A stretch of DNA of 64,000 bases. It comes from an uncultured Nitrososphaeraceae archaeon. GTDB lineage: Archaea; Thermoproteota; Nitrososphaeria; Nitrososphaerales; Nitrososphaeraceae. Of this stretch, positions 59,822 through 64,000 are shown piece by piece. Positions within the stretch are counted from its first letter, which is position 1. Each line of letters starts with the position of its first letter. The notes beneath the pieces are model-generated. The model was not told where the DNA came from and ran no database searches. It saw only the letters and a list, made by a program, of their open reading frames with translations. The stretch is from assembly GCA_963825865.1 (NCBI GenBank), contig CAWGVG010000044.1, positions 1-64,000 on the forward strand. The letters are read 5' to 3'. The position numbers and the translations under genes were made by a program.

Positions 59822-61449
59822 GGAGTTCTCCTTCTATTTCTAGCTCATTTGCAAGTGGAATCAATATATGTTTACGTATCTTTATCCAGTCTGACCTTAT
59901 GCCTGTCTTGCTTGCGTGTTCGAGAAGTCTCCTTTCTAACGCTACGTTCGCTTTATGTCTCAGCTGAATAATTGCTCCATGAATATCAGCGCTACCATAT
60001 ACGGCATTACCTGCAACGAGAATCCTGGCGCCAGAGTCATATACCTGCTCCAAAGTCGTTGCATCAATACCCCCATCTGCTTCTATATATCCCTTAAAAC
60101 CATGTTCCCTTAATTTTCTATTTATCAATACCATTTTTGGCAAAACTTCAGGAATAAATTTTTGTCCTGCAAAGCCCGGATTCACAGACATTATTATCAC
60201 AACATCAATATTTTCTAGATGAGAATAAAGCCACTCAGGAGTATCAGTAGGAGGATTAATTGCAATACCGGGACTTATTCCATTTGCGAGTAATTTGTCT
60301 TTTATACACGCAAACTGGCTTTCGTTACACGCCTCTGCATGGACTGTGATTATGTCGCATCTAGCGTCAATATACTCTTGTATATGTTCCAATGGATTCT
60401 CAATCATCAGGTGTACGTCAAATGGTAGACTCGTAATATGCCGTAACTTTCTAATAGTGTCTGCAAAGAATGTAGTGTTGGATACAAACCTACCATCCAT
60501 AACATCTAAATGTATTATGTCTGCTCCCCCACGCTCTGCCTTTCTGACTTTATCTTCATAGTTTTCCCGTTCTCCTGCAATAATGGACGGTGCAATTAAG
60601 CATTCACTTTCAAGTTCTTCCAACAATATCGGAGTGTGTTTCCTCGGAGGAGCCTTACCATGCCATTGCGGATTATTTGTCATATGCTTAATGCCATTGC
60701 CCTTGATAGTGTTAGCTATAATTAGAGTGGGCTTATCGTCTACCTGACTAGCTTTGTTCAGTGCATCGATTATCTGTTCAACCCTATGACCATCGATCTC
60801 GATTACATTCCAATTAAATGCTGACCATTTGTCACGCATTGGATCCAAAGGCATAATATCTTCGGTGAAGCCGTCTTGCTGGATGCGATTGCGGTCTAAT
60901 ATTGCGATAAGATTGTCTAATCTGAACTTAGGCGCTGCCATTGCTGCCTTCCCATACTTGTCCTTCATTCGACTCCCCATCTCCAATCAAAGTATAGACA
61001 CGATTCTTTTTATTGTCAAGTTTATTGGCAATTGCTATACCTATTGACACTGACAATCCTATCCCCTCTGAGCCTCCTGAATACTCAATTCCCGGTATAC
61101 TATGGTGCTTTTGCGCTTCTGAATATCTCACAGGATGGCCTTGAAGGCGACCACCAAGCTTGCGCAATGTCTTCATTTCATCAGTTGGAAAGTAACCAGC
61201 AACTGCTAAAGTTGCATAGTAACCTGGAGCAGAGTGTGCTTTTGAATTTACAAAATAATCTCGCTCCTCCCATCCCGGTTTTAAAGGATCATGTTTCATC
61301 TTTCTAAAATAAAGGGCTCCCATGATTTCAGCTGAAGAAAACGATGCACCAGGATGTCCAGAACCAGCTTCCGCAATTCCCTGAATAGCCAGCATGCGGA
61401 TGTCACGTATTTTCCTTTTTAAATCAAGATATTGCATGTTTAAAGCCAT
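59808..61449 (-). CDS. Transketolase N-terminal subunit fused to ribulose-5-phosphate 3-epimerase (frameshift at ~60948)
   Basis: SGHPG, LQGHP, GDGE.NEGQVWE, HGKAP, then in frame IAPSI, HLDVMDG.FV, DVHLM, MSVNPGF.GQ, DGG. Confidence 0.93.
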
Positions 61450-61870
61450 GTTACCAATGACCTATTGACATGTTAAATGTCATTATAATAAAAACCAATT
61501 AGGAAAAATAAAAAGATATAGTCATAAATCACATCACTTTAATTTAAAAACATAAATAACATAATTTGCTTGTTTTTTAGACATTCTTGTTGTCCATACC
61601 ACACCTATATGAGAGGAGAAATGTTAGGTCATAGCTACTATCACTCTTCACTGCTCTAAATCTATTCGAGAGAATGTGACAAATAGTTTTTTATTCTACA
61701 TTCTACTATGTAACCCTTGCCCTTCCATATTGCTATAACTGGAGCATGGTACATGTGCATATGCTTCATAATGAGTATAGTTAGCAAGCGAATACCGATT
61801 CTTGTAGCAACCACCTAATCTAGGAGCTTTTCAATAGTTTAAAATAAAGTCAGTATTTTTACGTCACATA

Positions 61871-63377
61871 ATGGTTCATATTAAAGTGGAAAAGGCAGAG
61901 ATTGCCCAGAAAATGACATCGCTTTTAGTCATTGGCATTTTTGAAAATGAGCAGGAGTTCTCACAATCAAAAGAACTCGATTCGACATTATCTTCTATAA
62001 TCAGAGAAATCCTAGAAAATAAAGAATTCAAGGGAAGCTTCGGGTCTACTATCACTTTGTATATAGTAGGTAATGTACCAATGAAAAAAATTACGCTTAT
62101 TGGCCTTGGTCAGAAGGAGAAATTTACAAATGAACGTGCAAGAATTATTGCTGGAAAGGCAGACTTTAAATGCCAAAGAGCTCGGGCTAACAGAATTTAC
62201 AATTTTTCTTTCTAAGTTAGACGAAGATTTAGTTGAAGCAATTTCGGAAGGTATTTCTCTTTCACTTTATTCTTTTACCAGATATAAGACCAACAACAAT
62301 AATGAAAAGGAATCTTTGAACCTTCATGAAGTCTCGATTCTAATTAATTCGGAATCTACAAAGTTCCAATCTATTGTAGAGAAAGTGAAATTAATAGTTG
62401 AAGCAGTGTATTTTGGACGTGATTTAAGCAATCTTCCTCCAAATGAATGCTCTCCTGCACGATTAGCTAGTGTTGCATTGTCGCTTGCAAGTGAACATGC
62501 GATGAAAGTAAGAATTGTAGAAAGATATGAAATGGAATCGGTAGGTCTAGCTGGAATAGTTGCAGTTGGTAAAGGAAGCAACAATCCTCCTAAAATGATA
62601 ATTTTGGAATATAACGGAGCCTCAGGTGATCAGAAGCCTTATCTTCTAGTAGGAAAAGCAGTTACCTTCGATACTGGTGGAATTTCATTAAAACCAGGTG
62701 ATAAGATGGATGAGATGAAATTTGATAAATGCGGCGGATGTACGGTTCTTGCGATTCTGAAAGCTATAGCATCATTGAAACTTCCAGTAAATGTTGTTGG
62801 CATTGTTCCCTCTGTTGAAAACATGCCGTCATCTACAGCATACAGACCTGGAGATATAATACGTATGTACAATGGTAAAACCGTAGAAGTTTTAAATACG
62901 GATGCAGAAGGTAGAATGATACTTGCTGATGCTTTGGCATATGGTATCAGCCTGTACAATCCAAAGGCAATTATTGATCTGGCAACTCTAACTGGGGCAT
63001 GCATAATTGCATTGGGTGCAAATGTGGCTGCAGCGATTGGAACAAGTAAAGAGCTTATTGAGAAATTGCGAAGGGCATCTGAAAAAACAGGAGAAAAAAT
63101 ATGGGAGCTTCCGTTATATGATGAATTTCATGAACAAATAAAAAGCACTATCGCCGACATTAAAAATATCGGAGGAAGACCAGGCGGCGCTATAACAGCA
63201 GCAGCATTTTTGTCAAATTTCGCTGCTGATGTTCCATGGATACATTTGGATATTGCAGGAACGGCATGGACCCAAGATGGGACTTATGAGAGAAGCTACA
63301 ACCCTAAAGGTGCGACAGGATTTGGAATTAGAACTCTAGTAAAGTTGTTAGCAGAGGACAGTAATGAAAAGCCATAA
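61871..63377 (+). CDS. pepA: Leucyl aminopeptidase (M17), frameshifted
   Basis: GKAVTFDTGG..K, MKFDK, NTDAEGR, DLATLTG, HLDIAG. Confidence 0.96.
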
Positions 63378-63419
63378 AATACCTATCGAATTTATGGCTG
63401 CTTCTCGTAAATCCTAAAA

Positions 63420-64000
63420 GAGAATCTATTGATTCACTTTATTTAAAAGCAAGATCGAAGTTCAAAACTTCAATTATCAAGAAGAACATAAGGTACTCTT
63501 ATCACTGCAGATATAGTATGGTCCTATTTTCAAGACAGATTTGGCACTACCCATTATCTTGGAGTTATTGGCGATAATGGCAGTAGTAAAAAGTACCTGT
63601 TGGCAACGCATTTGAATTGATTGCATATTATCAGCCACTATGACTGATCCTAGCACTGCCAATTTATTCAGAGAAATAGGACAATTAGAAATGGGCCAAT
63701 GTACAATAGTTGCAGATGAGGTAGAGAAAATAGATCAATCTCTTGAAATTATGAGTATTTTGAAAACTGACTACCATATTAGAGGCAAAGTTGCACGTAC
63801 TAATAACAAAAATCGGAAACAAGAATTCTTTCGGACATATTGCCTTAAGATGACTATAGCTGAACGTTTACCCAATCAAAATAAAGCTGAAGATGAGCCA
63901 AAATATGATATCAAAGAAGTATTAAATCTGGCTCGCGCGATACAAAAGGCCAGGAGATGATTAGATGAGCTAGTTGATTTCAGGAAGTTAATGCGGATGT
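63420..64000 (+). pseudogene. Decayed P-loop NTPase of mobile-element type
   Basis: ESIDSLYLKA..ADIVWSYFQDRFGTTHYLGVIGDNGSSK (degenerate Walker A), TIVADE (Walker B); several indels and an apparent internal deletion. Confidence 0.55.

Noticed and set aside
798-63004. Numerous 60-165 aa ORFs antisense to well-supported genes
   Set aside because: They are shadow ORFs with no motifs, fully overlapping conserved genes.
143-63377. Mass pseudogenisation or programmed frameshifting of core genes
   Set aside because: Breaks hit essential genes (rpoA, rpoB, secY, S7), lack slippery heptamers and are motif-biased single-base indels, so sequencing error is far more likely.

Overview
Genomic window of an ammonia-oxidising archaeon (Thaumarchaeota/Nitrososphaeria, most similar in style to low-GC soil Nitrososphaeraceae). 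Evidence for this: unsplit RpoA, acetyl/propionyl-CoA carboxylase of the 3HP/4HB cycle, a PEFG-CTERM protein, and the archaeal ribosomal and RNAP operons. Core blocks: cbf5-cmk-adk-secY-L15-L30-S5-L18; larB-mdh / larC-larE; accBC-carboxyltransferase; rfcL; S7-S12-nusA-L30e-rpoA-rpoB-rpoH; cobT-MBL-nnrE-hjc; GGR; glmS; S4-S13; two tandem AAA+/VWA pairs; tal-tktC-tktN/rpe; pepA. Accessory patches (about 28.5-35.8 kb, 41.4-46.3 kb and after 63.4 kb) hold two IS elements with target-site duplications and decayed virus/plasmid-type genes (SF3 helicase, terminase, P-loop NTPase, iteron-like repeats). Many essential genes are frameshifted, and the indels cluster at GTAC and GCTGC/GCAGC. This points to long-read basecalling errors at modified bases (an indirect methylome signal) rather than real pseudogenes. 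No rRNA, tRNA or CRISPR array was found. Family calls come from motif recognition only; no database searches were run.
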